A stretch of DNA of 63,359 nucleotides, the filler included, from a bacterium (GTDB lineage Bacteria; UBP15; UBA6099; JAJRTR01), in assembly GCA_024278215.1 (NCBI GenBank). It is 6 parts of 6 records of this genome, joined end to end, with 100 filler letters (N's around TTAATTAATTAA, not from the genome) between each part and the next. Parts side by side here need not be neighbours in the genome. Positions count along the whole stretch, not along the records: positions 34,270 to 45,978 come from JAJRTR010000110.1; positions 46,079 to 54,280 come from JAJRTR010000114.1; 4 more parts are not named here. The stretch is one strand, 5' to 3'. Below are positions 38,663-48,421 of the stretch, piece after piece. Both the position numbers and the translations under genes were made by a program. The notes under the pieces were generated by a model. The model saw only the letters and a list, made by a program, of their open reading frames with translations. It was not told where the DNA came from and did not search any database. The stretch's first letter is position 1; the number at the start of each line of letters is the position of its first letter.

Positions 38663-39328
38663 ATGCTCAATAGAGTCATTCTGATCGGACGATTAACCCG
38701 GGACCCGGAGATGAAGCGAACGCCTACTTCGGGTGTGGCTCTGGCGAATTTTACTCTGGCGGTCGACAGGTATTTTCAGTCGAGCAAACGCGAAAAAGAA
38801 ACGGACTTTATACGAATAATCGCGTGGGGCAAACTTGCGGAGACCTGCAAGGAATATCTCGGCAAGGGACACCTGGTGGCTGTTGACGGAAGGCTGATGG
38901 TGCGCAAGTGGGAAACGCCCCAGGGTGAACGAAGGAGCATTTTAGAAGTGCGGGCGGAGGAAGTAAGATTTCTCGAACGCTCACCGTCGTCGCGTAGCAG
39001 AGGCCGCATTGCCGACAGCGACATCCCGGAAGACGAAGAATACAGCGATGCCGGCAGAGGCAACACCGCCGGCAGCGGCGGCAAATGGGGCGGAGCCCCC
39101 GGAGGCGCGGGCGGCTCGACAGGTTCACCTGATCCCTCGGGACTCGGCGGACTCGACCCGGCGGACAAGGGTTCTCTGGACGCAGACCCGGGTTTCCCCG
39201 GCGGCGGAGATGAGATACCGGTCGAAAAAACGGATTCGGGCAAAAAGGATTTCGGCAACGTCTCGGACAGCCAGCTCGATGATGAAATAGATCTTGATGA
39301 TGATGATCCATTTAAGGAGGATTTTTGA
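38663..39328 (+). CDS. ssb: Single-stranded DNA-binding protein with long Gly/acidic tail
   Basis: [35 protein letters not shown]. Confidence 0.97.
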   Translation: MLNRVILIGRLTRDPEMKRTPTSGVALANFTLAVDRYFQSSKREKETDFIRIIAWGKLAETCKEYLGKGHLVAVDGRLMVRKWETPQGERRSILEVRAEEVRFLERSPSSRSRGRIADSDIPEDEEYSDAGRGNTAGSGGKWGGAPGGAGGSTGSPDPSGLGGLDPADKGSLDADPGFPGGGDEIPVEKTDSGKKDFGNVSDSQLDDEIDLDDDDPFKEDF

Positions 39329-39330
39329 TA

Positions 39331-39630
39331 ATGGCGCCACCACGTGGAAGAGGTAATGATAGAGGCGGTTCAAGAGGTAATGCAAGAGGCAAGAAAAGAA
39401 CCGGAAGAGGTTTTTACCGCGGCAGGTCCAGAAAAGTCTGTGAATTCTGCATCGACAAGAGACTTCCCATCGACTACAAGAATCTCGACCTGATGAACAA
39501 GTATATAACGGACAGGGGAAAGATAAAACCCAGGCGCATGACCGGCGCATGCGCAAAACATCAGCGCAAGATCACTGTGCAGATTAAACGGGCTCGCGAA
39601 ATGGCTCTGATTCCTTACACTAAGGACTGA
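39331..39630 (+). CDS. rpsR: 30S ribosomal protein S18 (Zn-motif form, RG-rich N-terminus)
   Basis: CEFC, IDYKN, RGKI.PRR.TG.CAKHQR. Confidence 0.97.
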   Translation: MAPPRGRGNDRGGSRGNARGKKRTGRGFYRGRSRKVCEFCIDKRLPIDYKNLDLMNKYITDRGKIKPRRMTGACAKHQRKITVQIKRAREMALIPYTKD

Positions 39631-39708
39631 TCGCGCAAAGTAGCGCAATCATGACGAAAACGCTGATTCGCGCTGATATGTCTCCATAACGAAAGGAGCC
39701 GGAGAAAA

Positions 39709-40404
39709 ATGAAGATTATTTTAAAAGATTACATAGAAAATGTCGGCGACCGCGACGATGTCGTAACGGTTGCGGACGGCTACGCGAGAAACTTCCTGAT
39801 ACCGAAAGGGTTCGCCGTGCGTGCAACTTCATCGGAAATGAAGCAGCTTGCCCATCGACGGACATTTGAAGAACGCAGGCAGAAACGCCTCGACGAAAAG
39901 CTTGCAAAGCAGATGGACACAATCCGGGATTCTGAAATAGAAATGCATGCACATGCAAGTTCCGAGGGCAAACTTTACGGTTCGATCGCCCAGCGCCATA
40001 TCGCCGGGGCGCTCACCGAGAAGTTCGGCGTCGAGGTAGACAGACGTCGTGTGAAGATGGAATCCCCTATCAAGATGGTTGGCGAATATCAGGTTGTTGT
40101 GGATATGGGAAAAGAGCGCACGGTCAATGTCAAGGTAATCGTATCGAGCGGCGGCGGCCCCATCCAGGACCCCGACGACAAACCCGCCGAAGTGAAAGAG
40201 GAAGTCGTCCCGGCGACCCCGGCGGAAGTTGAAACCGAGGTTGCACCCGAACCTGAACCGGAGGCCGAAGCACCGGCTGAAGAAACAGGTGAGGCTGGCG
40301 CCGAAACCGGGGAAGAAGCCCCTGCCGAAGAGGCGGACGAAGTGATGTCCGTAGAAGCGGATTCGGCAGATGAAAAAGAGGCAGACGAAAAAAAAGAAAT
40401 GTAA
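39709..40404 (+). CDS. rplI: 50S ribosomal protein L9 with acidic C-terminal extension
   Basis: MKIIL..V.DGYARNFLIP.G.A, KLYGSI, PIK.VG.Y. Confidence 0.96.
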   Translation: MKIILKDYIENVGDRDDVVTVADGYARNFLIPKGFAVRATSSEMKQLAHRRTFEERRQKRLDEKLAKQMDTIRDSEIEMHAHASSEGKLYGSIAQRHIAGALTEKFGVEVDRRRVKMESPIKMVGEYQVVVDMGKERTVNVKVIVSSGGGPIQDPDDKPAEVKEEVVPATPAEVETEVAPEPEPEAEAPAEETGEAGAETGEEAPAEEADEVMSVEADSADEKEADEKKEM

Positions 40405-40542
40405 TTGTCGGCAGGCGGCGTTCCATAACAGCCCGGAGAGTTGCGATTTCACAATATCTTGCTTTCGCCGAGATTATTTACAGGTATCATCGAGCCGTTT
40501 CACATGAGCGTAGATGAGCGCTTTGCAGCATGGAGATTGGTT

Positions 40543-40863
40543 ATGAACACAACGTCGGTGGAACAGAATGCTATGGAACTTGCACAGACGCATGCCGAGG
40601 GTGAAGGTGATATTTTAGAAATATACATGGCGATTTCTGAAAATGAGATACGTCTTATAGAAGTTGCGGAAACAGTTGGAACGACTCACGAAGTTCTGCC
40701 TTTTCAGTTCGACCCTCAACCTGCAGAGGGGCTGTTCTTTCCTATATCAATTGTAATGGTGAGTGTTGAAGAAATGGAAAAGATTATGAATGGAACCCTG
40801 CCTCTCCCGGATGGGTGGGGAGTGCCCGACCGTCTTCAACTGATTTTCAGGCGGGAAAGATAA
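40543..40863 (+). CDS. Small acidic protein, possibly a degenerate MNT-like partner of the HEPN gene
   Basis: SD GGAG; 1-nt gap to the HEPN gene; no GS/DxD motif. Confidence 0.55.
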   Translation: MNTTSVEQNAMELAQTHAEGEGDILEIYMAISENEIRLIEVAETVGTTHEVLPFQFDPQPAEGLFFPISIVMVSVEEMEKIMNGTLPLPDGWGVPDRLQLIFRRER

Positions 40864-40864
40864 G

Positions 40865-41365
40865 ATGTCTTATGATCGTGAGTGGGCAGAAGCATATCTG
40901 AAACAAGCAGAGGAGGATTTGAAAGCTGCAAAGATACTTCAACTCGCAGCGCCCTCGGTTTTTTGTATGTTAATGCAGATGACATTCGAAAAGGCTGCAA
41001 AAGCGATCTTGCTCAGGAAAAAGGAACTACAACTTGAGACGGCTGTAAAATCACACTCAGCCGCATCCAGGCTTATTAGAATACTCAAAGAACATCGCAA
41101 GTTTTTGCCCTTGACCGACAACGGTAAGCATTACTTGTGGAAAGATGTTCTTCCGATAGTTGTAGAACTCGAACGCGCTCAACCTTCACTTGCGAAGAAG
41201 GGGATGCCGATTCTCGAATATCCATGGGAAGACAAACAGGGAAACGTATTATGTCCGGCAAGTAGCTTTCCGATGAACGCCCGCCTGTCAGGTGCCAGGA
41301 CAACAGCACCGAGATTACTGAAGTTTGCAACCCTTCTCCTATCAGATATTAAACGATTTCTTTGA
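40865..41365 (+). CDS. HEPN domain protein
   Basis: YLKQAEEDLKAA..L...FC...Q.TFEKAAKA.L...KSH pattern; EYPW near the C-terminus. Confidence 0.7.
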   Translation: MSYDREWAEAYLKQAEEDLKAAKILQLAAPSVFCMLMQMTFEKAAKAILLRKKELQLETAVKSHSAASRLIRILKEHRKFLPLTDNGKHYLWKDVLPIVVELERAQPSLAKKGMPILEYPWEDKQGNVLCPASSFPMNARLSGARTTAPRLLKFATLLLSDIKRFL

Positions 41366-41543
41366 AAGATTATTCTTTTCCGGAAAAATCTTGTTATCAC
41401 TTTCTCTTGTACTGAATCATGGATAAAATGTGATAAATAGTCTTTTACCGATAGCCCGCATCTTTCACCTTTGCGGAACAGGTTGATTCAAACACAATCG
41501 GCTCACTCGGCAGACAAGCAGATAAAGAGAAGGAAGTACACTA

Positions 41544-42938
41544 ATGGCAGAAGCAATAGGGAAAACGCATATTCCGCCGCAGAGCATCGAGGCAGAACAA
41601 TCCGTTCTCGGGGCGATGATGCTCGACCGCAACCAGATAGCCGTGGCCACGGAGTTTCTCAGATCAGACTATTTCTATAAAGAAGCCCACGCGATTATCT
41701 ATGAAGCGATCGAGGAAGTGTTTAAAAAGAATGAGCCTGTGGATATTGTAACGGTGCGTGAGCACCTGGATAAAACGGGCAATCTCGAAAAAGTCGGTGG
41801 CGGTGCGTATCTTACGACGATTCTGGACATGGTGCCTTCGCCCGAGTATGCCGAGCACTACGGGAAAATCATCGAGAGCAAGTATATGCTGCGCCAGCTT
41901 ATAAACGCTTCCAACCGCATCGCGGCGGATGCTTATGAGTGGGAAGGCGAAGTCCCGGACCTCGTGTCCGACGCCGCGAAGATAATCCACGACATCGGCG
42001 GAGACCGCAGCAGCCGCGAGATTATTCCGATGAAGGCTGCCGTCAAGGACGCCCTGAAGACGCTACAGGACCGTTTCGAGAACCGCGGTAAAATGGAAGG
42101 CGTGTCGTCCGGTTTCAAAGGCATAGATACGTACACGACGGGTTTTAAGCCCGGCGAACTTATCATTCTCGCGGCGCGGCCCGGCATGGGGAAAACGAGT
42201 CTGGCCCTGAATATATGCGAGGAGGTCGCGTTGAGGGAGAAGAAGTCGGTCGGTTTCTTCAGTCTCGAAATGTCGGCGGAACAGCTTGTGCTGCGCATGG
42301 TGTGTTCGCTGGGCGAGATCGACGCGACCAAAATTAAAAAGGGATTCCTGATAGATAAAGATTGGGAGAAACTCGGCAAGGCGTTCGACGCGCTGAAGAA
42401 TGCGCCGGTTTCGCTTGTGGATTCAAGTTCGTTGTCCGGCACTCAACTGCGTGCCAAGGCGCTGAGAATGGATCAGGATTCGGAAATCGGGCTGGACTTT
42501 TTAGTCATCGACTACCTCCAGCTCATGACTGCGTCCGGGCGGCGGCCCGACAGCAGGGTGCAGGAAATATCCGACATCACCCGCCAGCTCAAGCTGCTAG
42601 CTCGTGAACTGAATATCCCCATTCTCTGCCTCTCACAGCTTTCGCGACAGACGGAGGCCCAGCGCGGCACCAAAAAACCGCAGCTTTCGCACCTGCGCGA
42701 TTCCGGCAGTATCGAGCAGGACGCGGATATTGTGATGTTCATCTATCGCCCCGATTATTATGAGGATGATAAGAAAAACGAGAATGGCGGCGCGGATGTC
42801 GCGGAAGAAGAAAGCGATTACGTCGAGGCCGAAGTGCGCATCGCAAAAAACAGGAACGGCCCGACCGGCACGGCGAAGATGACATTTATGAAATATTACA
42901 CACGCTTCTATGACGCGGCTCTTGAGGATGATTATTGA
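41544..42938 (+). CDS. dnaB: Replicative DNA helicase
   Basis: PPQSIEAEQSVLG, AARPGMGKT, FSLEM, IDYLQL, LRDSGSIEQDAD, AKNRNGPTG; no intein. Confidence 0.99.
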   Translation: MAEAIGKTHIPPQSIEAEQSVLGAMMLDRNQIAVATEFLRSDYFYKEAHAIIYEAIEEVFKKNEPVDIVTVREHLDKTGNLEKVGGGAYLTTILDMVPSPEYAEHYGKIIESKYMLRQLINASNRIAADAYEWEGEVPDLVSDAAKIIHDIGGDRSSREIIPMKAAVKDALKTLQDRFENRGKMEGVSSGFKGIDTYTTGFKPGELIILAARPGMGKTSLALNICEEVALREKKSVGFFSLEMSAEQLVLRMVCSLGEIDATKIKKGFLIDKDWEKLGKAFDALKNAPVSLVDSSSLSGTQLRAKALRMDQDSEIGLDFLVIDYLQLMTASGRRPDSRVQEISDITRQLKLLARELNIPILCLSQLSRQTEAQRGTKKPQLSHLRDSGSIEQDADIVMFIYRPDYYEDDKKNENGGADVAEEESDYVEAEVRIAKNRNGPTGTAKMTFMKYYTRFYDAALEDDY

Positions 42939-43046
42939 AAAAAGAATGGTGAATGAAAACACAAACCTGAATCGTTCCCACTGTCCCCAGTGGGATGCGT
43001 GGACTGAATGCTCCAGTGTTCACAATATCAAAGGAGACACAAAGAT

Positions 43047-44321
43047 ATGAAAGTTCTGGTAGTAGGCGGAGGCGGAAGAGAACACACGCTGTGCTGGAAA
43101 CTGGCACAGAGCGAAGAAGTCGAAAAAGTTTACTGCGCACCGGGCAACGCCGGTATCGCACGGGACGCCGAATGTGTACCGATCAGGGCCGACGACATCC
43201 CCGCACTTCTGGAATTTGCGCGCGGAAATAATATCGAGCTGACCGTCGCCGGGCCGGAACTACCGCTAACACTCGGCATTGCAGACGCTTTCCGCGAAGC
43301 GGGGCTGCGCATTTTCGGTCCGGTGAAGGCGGCTGCGGCACTCGAGGGCAGCAAAGTTTTCGCTAAGGAATTCATGCGTGAAATGAGTATACCGACAGCC
43401 GACTTCGCTGTTTTCGACGATCTCGACAGTGCTGTCGCGCATCTCGACACAATTGATTTCCCGACTGTTGTCAAGGCGGATGGCCTCGCGGCAGGCAAGG
43501 GCGTGCTGGTTGCAAAAGATAAAACGGAAGCCGCGGAGTTTCTGCGGTTGACGATGTCGGATAAGAAGTTCGGCGACGCCGGCGCGCGTGTTCTGATCGA
43601 GGACTGTCTCGCAGGTGAAGAATGCTCGATACTTGCGCTCGCCGACGGCAGGGACATGATCGTGCTCACTCCCTCGCAGGACCACAAGAGAGCCTACGAC
43701 AACGACGAAGGACTGAACACCGGTGGTATGGGCGCGTATTCGCCCATTTCGATTGTCGGTGATTCGGACATTGAAAAGATAAAAGAATTAGTGCTTCAGC
43801 CTGTGGTGGACGGCATGAACAAAAAGGGAAGCCCGTTCGTTGGAGTTATATACGCCGGTCTGATGCTGACGGAAAACGGGCCGATGGTGCTCGAGTATAA
43901 CGTGCGGTTCGGCGATCCCGAGTGTCAGGCGGTGATCCCGCTGATCGAGGGCGACTTCGCGCGTATGCTGGCGCTTGCCGCCGACGGGCGGATCGGCGAG
44001 GTGGACTGGAAACCCGCGTCGCGCTCCGCGCTATGTGTCGTTATGGCATCCGGCGGATACCCCGGCAGCTACGCGAAAGGCGAACCCATCAGCGGACTCG
44101 CTGCGGCGGGCGACATGGACGATGTGGTTGTCTTCCACGCCGGAACCGCCGAAAAGGACGGCAGGATAGTGACCGCCGGCGGCCGTGTGCTGGGGGTTAC
44201 GGCACTCGCTGACGACCTCGCCGCCGCGCAGCAGCTCGCCTACGAAGCTGTCGGTAAAATCTCCTGGAAAGATGTCCACTACAGGAAGGACATAGGAAAG
44301 CGAGACCTCGAAAGAAGCTGA
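43047..44321 (+). CDS. purD: Phosphoribosylamine-glycine ligase
   Basis: GGGGREH, LEGSK.FAK, KADGLAAGKGV, QDHKR..D.D.G.NTGGMG, EYNVRFGDPE. Confidence 0.99.
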   Translation: MKVLVVGGGGREHTLCWKLAQSEEVEKVYCAPGNAGIARDAECVPIRADDIPALLEFARGNNIELTVAGPELPLTLGIADAFREAGLRIFGPVKAAAALEGSKVFAKEFMREMSIPTADFAVFDDLDSAVAHLDTIDFPTVVKADGLAAGKGVLVAKDKTEAAEFLRLTMSDKKFGDAGARVLIEDCLAGEECSILALADGRDMIVLTPSQDHKRAYDNDEGLNTGGMGAYSPISIVGDSDIEKIKELVLQPVVDGMNKKGSPFVGVIYAGLMLTENGPMVLEYNVRFGDPECQAVIPLIEGDFARMLALAADGRIGEVDWKPASRSALCVVMASGGYPGSYAKGEPISGLAAAGDMDDVVVFHAGTAEKDGRIVTAGGRVLGVTALADDLAAAQQLAYEAVGKISWKDVHYRKDIGKRDLERS

Positions 44322-44451
44322 GTTCGCATTTTATCCCTGCGCAATATGGAAGAAGAAGCCGGAATGTATTACAATGTTGGGGTTTTGCTCCGTGTATGGT
44401 GCTAACTATGCAGAAAGCAAACACCAGCAGGAGAGTAAGGAGAAAGTCGAT

Positions 44452-45591
44452 ATGAAAAAAGAATTGCTCATGACGCCGGGACCTTCGCAGGTACCGCACG
44501 AGGTGGCTGCCGCGGGTGCTGTGCCGATCATGCACCACCGAAGTGGTGAATTCAAGGAGATATACGGAAAACTAACTGAAGACATGAAAAAAGTCTTCGG
44601 CACAAAAGGGGATGTCTTCATCATCGGCAGCTCGGGCACGGGCGCGATGGAGGCTTGCGTGGTGAACACGCTGTCGCCGGGCGACAAGGTAATCGTCGGC
44701 ATAACCGGCAAGTTCGGCGAACGCTGGCAGAAACTCTGCGAAACTTACGGGATGAACGTAGTCGAAATAACAAAGGAATGGGGCGACATTGTCACAGCCG
44801 CCGACGTGCACCGCGCGCTGGACGAAAACCCCGACGCGAAGGCGGTCTTCGTCACATATAGTGAAACATCCACGGGAGTGAGAACACCTATTGAAGAGAT
44901 CGGCCCGGTGGTCGACAAAACCGGCGCGCTCTGCATAGTAGACGCGGTAAGCGCGCTGGGCGGCATGGAAATGAAAATGGACGAGTGGAAGCTCGACCTC
45001 GTCGCCGCGGGCTCGCAGAAAGCGCTCATGCTCGCGCCCGGCATCGCTTTTCTCGGGGTGCGCGGCGAAAAAGTGTGGAAAGCCTGTGAACGCTCCACTA
45101 TAAAAAAGTTTTACCTCGACATGAAGTTGTACAAAAAGGCGGTCGAGAAAAAAAGTTACACGCCGTTCACAACATCCGTTTCGCTCTGTCTCAGCCTGCG
45201 GGCCGCGCTCGATATGCTGTTCGACGAAGGCCTTGAAAACGTGTACGCGCGGCACAGCAAGCTCGCCGCGGCGGGTCGCGCCGCCGTCACCGCGCTCGGG
45301 CTCGAACTCTTCGCGAAGTTCCCTTCGGAAATCGAAACAGTGTTCAAAGTGCCCGACGGCATCGACGGTCTGGAACTCCTGCGTATAGCGAGAGAACACT
45401 ACGGAGTGCGCGTCGCCGGCGGGCAGCAGCCATATAAAGGTAAAATAGTGCGCATTGCACACATGGGCTATTGCACGGGGCAGGACCTGATACAGGCAGT
45501 CGCCGCAATCGAGATGGCGCTTGTGGAACTGGGCGCGAAAATAGAACCCGGCTCAGGCGTGCGGGCGGTTCAGGAGGAGTTGCTGAAATGA
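44452..45591 (+). CDS. Class V aminotransferase (likely phosphoserine or serine-pyruvate aminotransferase)
   Basis: MTPGP, SSGTGAMEA, SETSTG, VDAVS, GSQKAL; coupled to serA. Confidence 0.92.
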   Translation: MKKELLMTPGPSQVPHEVAAAGAVPIMHHRSGEFKEIYGKLTEDMKKVFGTKGDVFIIGSSGTGAMEACVVNTLSPGDKVIVGITGKFGERWQKLCETYGMNVVEITKEWGDIVTAADVHRALDENPDAKAVFVTYSETSTGVRTPIEEIGPVVDKTGALCIVDAVSALGGMEMKMDEWKLDLVAAGSQKALMLAPGIAFLGVRGEKVWKACERSTIKKFYLDMKLYKKAVEKKSYTPFTTSVSLCLSLRAALDMLFDEGLENVYARHSKLAAAGRAAVTALGLELFAKFPSEIETVFKVPDGIDGLELLRIAREHYGVRVAGGQQPYKGKIVRIAHMGYCTGQDLIQAVAAIEMALVELGAKIEPGSGVRAVQEELLK

Positions 45592-45978
45592 AACCGAAAG
45601 TACTTATTGCGGACAAGCTTTCCGACGCCGGTATAGACATACTCAAGCAGAAATGCACCGTGACCGTAAAGACCGGCATGAAGGAATCCGAACTGATAAA
45701 GGAAATCCCGAAGTATAACGCGATGGTAGTGCGCAGCGGCACGAAGGTCACGAAGAAAGTGATCAAAGCCGCAAGGAAGCTGGAGATAGTGGCGCGCGCG
45801 GGCGTCGGCGTCGACAACATCGACATACCGGCGGCAACTGAAGCGGGCATACTTGTGGTCAATTCGCCGACAGGCAACATTCTTGCCGCCGCCGAACTCG
45901 CCGTAGGCCACCTGTTTGCGCTTGCCAGGCATATCCCGCACGCGGACAGGTCGATGCACGAAGGGCGCTGGGACCGCA
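45588..45978 (+). CDS. serA: D-3-phosphoglycerate dehydrogenase (3' truncated by gap)
   Basis: VRSGTKV, RAGVGVDNID, N..AAAE. Confidence 0.9.
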
Positions 45979-46078
45979 NNNNNNNNNNNNNNNNNNNNNN
46001 NNNNNNNNNNNNNNNNNNNNNNTTAATTAATTAANNNNNNNNNNNNNNNNNNNNNNNNNNNNNNNNNNNNNNNNNNNN
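45979..46078. other. Artificial contig linker
   Basis: N-run with TTAATTAATTAA. Confidence 0.98.
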
Positions 46079-46219
46079 CGAAATTGTTCAGAGCAAGGCG
46101 GAGGTGTAAAATCCTCGCAGGCGTACTTGTAGAGTACGTCGAGGACGATTTCGCGCCGACAACGCAGCTATGGACAATAGCAGCCGACCGCAGCAGAATC
46201 AGAATTTTGCAATTGGCTC
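46079..46219 (+). mobile_element. MITE family A, partial copy at contig start
   Basis: Near-identical to other copies; right TIR intact. Confidence 0.9.
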
Positions 46220-46739
46220 TATTATCTACCGGCAATATGGGGACGGCGGTAAAGCCTTTTGCGGCATTAAAACCTTTGTGCGGATGTGGCTGTGTCATGT
46301 ATAGCTTCCGCATTGGAGACGGCGCGCACACTGCTCTGAAAACGTGTGGCAGGATATGTGCATCATTCATCGTCCTGGCATAGTTGAGCACGTGAGCAAC
46401 TTGTGTGGTCTTTGAATGCTCGTTTCAGGAACAGGTCGGTTATGCGTGGTGGCATCCCATTCGTACCGGACTCGCGACCGAACCGGCTTAATAATGTGAT
46501 TTGCGTGTGGACATAAATGAATATGAACTATCCCCGACTGAATTCCGGGGAATTCTTTTATATCGCATCCATCGTCCACGGTGGAAATATATAGACTGAG
46601 CGCGCTCGCGCTTACAGCAACTTTTACGACAACACCCTGTTGCTTACGTCGAATCAGGGTGATATGGAGAATACGTGAGATTCAGGTCTCGATCATTCCC
46701 GGGGTAGTCCCCGTTAGCGAGTGCAAAGGAGATGTCAGT

Positions 46740-48293
46740 ATGAAAATCAACACTAACATCAGCGCAATGATGGCAAGGAATGTTCAGCGACTTCATTCCA
46801 AAAGCCTTTCGTCTTCTGTTGAAAGGTTGTCTAACGGACTGAAATTGAATCGCGGCGCGGACAACCCTTCGGGACTCGGCACATCAGAAGTCGTGAAAGC
46901 CCAGGTGAAGGGCACGAACACAGCGATTCATAACGTGGAGGAATCCATCTATCTATATTCGCTCCGGGATGATTATTTCCAAGAACTCGAGGAGATGCTC
47001 AACAGGATGCGCGACCTGGCTGTGAGGGCATCGAACGAAGCCACTCTCACAACGAGAGACCTTGGGAAGATGGACGAAGAAGTGCAGGCGATGAAACGTG
47101 AAGTCAACAGGAAGGCACTGGCATCTTATCAGGTAGATGGCGGCAGACTGCTGTTCAACCCGACAGACCTTGATGTAATATGGGTGCTCGACGACACCGC
47201 CAGCATGGGCCCCTACGCAAACTCGCTTAAGAATGATGCCCCGTCGATGTTCAGTCAACTGGCGAAAGCCGGTTTCGACTTGAGAATGGGGGTCGTAGGT
47301 TTCGACAGTATACTGAGAAATTACGGCTCCACGTCATTTCAGAAAAGCGCAACCGATTTCACTACCGACGTGGATGCTATATTGACGGCAATCGGAGCCC
47401 CGTTAAGCGGCGTGGAGAACGGAATCGACGCGGTAAACTCCGCACTTGCGCTCGGTACGCTGGGTGGAGATTTCAGGGCGAACGCTGAAAAGATGGTGAT
47501 CCTTCTGACCGACGAGGACTCGGACGATTTTGAATATACGAGATGGAGCCCCGCCGAGTGGTGGGCGCCCCCGGCGGACCCCGGACTGTCCAGCGCGCCG
47601 AATGCGGCCGCGGCGGACGCGATACGCAACGCCTGTATTGCCAATCTCGTGGCGGCCGACGCAACTCTGCATGTCGCCGGGGTTGTAAAGGACTCCTCGG
47701 GCACTCTCCAGAATACACCGGACGACGACTACCAGGTCATTGCAAGTGACCCGACCATCAACGGCGGCGTGTACACTCTCGACACCGGCGGCGCGTGGGT
47801 GACAAGCATTACCAGCGCGATGCTCGCTCAGGGCGACGACTGGACTGTTGATTTCCAGGTCGGACCCGACTCCAATCATTCCCTCACTGAAACTTTCAAA
47901 TCCGTTACAACGGAATCCCTCGGCATAGACAGCGTCAATCTTGCCGCCGTCTCCTCCGCAATGAACTCTATTGACGTCGTAGATCGCGCAAAAGAGAATC
48001 TTTCGAACATGCGCCTGCGGACAGCCAATATCGTTTCCCGCCTTCAGCATATCGCCAACGACCTCGCTCATCAGAACATAAACAACTCCGACTTCAGTTC
48101 ACGTCTTAAAGATGCCGATATGGAAGAGGAAATCGTTCAATTCACAAAAACACAGCTTCTTTCCGACACCGCGACGTCCGCACAGGCACATGCCGACAGC
48201 AACATAGAATCGGCAATGCAGCTTATAGATGTCGTAAAATCAGCCAGGCACATCGCTCGATTCAATGACGCTTTTTATAATCGAAACATGTGA
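46740..48293 (+). CDS. Flagellin with inserted von Willebrand factor A domain
   Basis: MKINTNISA..ERLSNGLKLNRGADNPSGL and RMRDLAV in the N-terminal part; FQVG and SRLKDADM.EE...FTK.Q.L in the C-terminal part; internal DVIWVLDDTASM..GVVGF..FR.NA.K.VILLTDE. Confidence 0.9.
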   Translation: MKINTNISAMMARNVQRLHSKSLSSSVERLSNGLKLNRGADNPSGLGTSEVVKAQVKGTNTAIHNVEESIYLYSLRDDYFQELEEMLNRMRDLAVRASNEATLTTRDLGKMDEEVQAMKREVNRKALASYQVDGGRLLFNPTDLDVIWVLDDTASMGPYANSLKNDAPSMFSQLAKAGFDLRMGVVGFDSILRNYGSTSFQKSATDFTTDVDAILTAIGAPLSGVENGIDAVNSALALGTLGGDFRANAEKMVILLTDEDSDDFEYTRWSPAEWWAPPADPGLSSAPNAAAADAIRNACIANLVAADATLHVAGVVKDSSGTLQNTPDDDYQVIASDPTINGGVYTLDTGGAWVTSITSAMLAQGDDWTVDFQVGPDSNHSLTETFKSVTTESLGIDSVNLAAVSSAMNSIDVVDRAKENLSNMRLRTANIVSRLQHIANDLAHQNINNSDFSSRLKDADMEEEIVQFTKTQLLSDTATSAQAHADSNIESAMQLIDVVKSARHIARFNDAFYNRNM

Positions 48294-48421
48294 TTCCCCT
48301 GACGATTCCATGCCCCATCTTTTCCGATACCAACTATCCTTACCGTTGCCGCCGCCCCGCCACTTGCCTTTAAAAGAAATCTACAGCTATAATTCTGTAA
48401 TGTCTTAAGGTGACGTGGAAA

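Noticed and set aside
42975-43025. Purine or ZTP riboswitch upstream of purD
   Set aside because: Two short hairpins only, without a recognisable consensus.
46220-46739. Sigma28 promoter or N-terminal extension for the flagellin
   Set aside because: No convincing TAAA-N15-GCCGATAA; the SD AAGGAG supports the start at 46740 rather than 46581.
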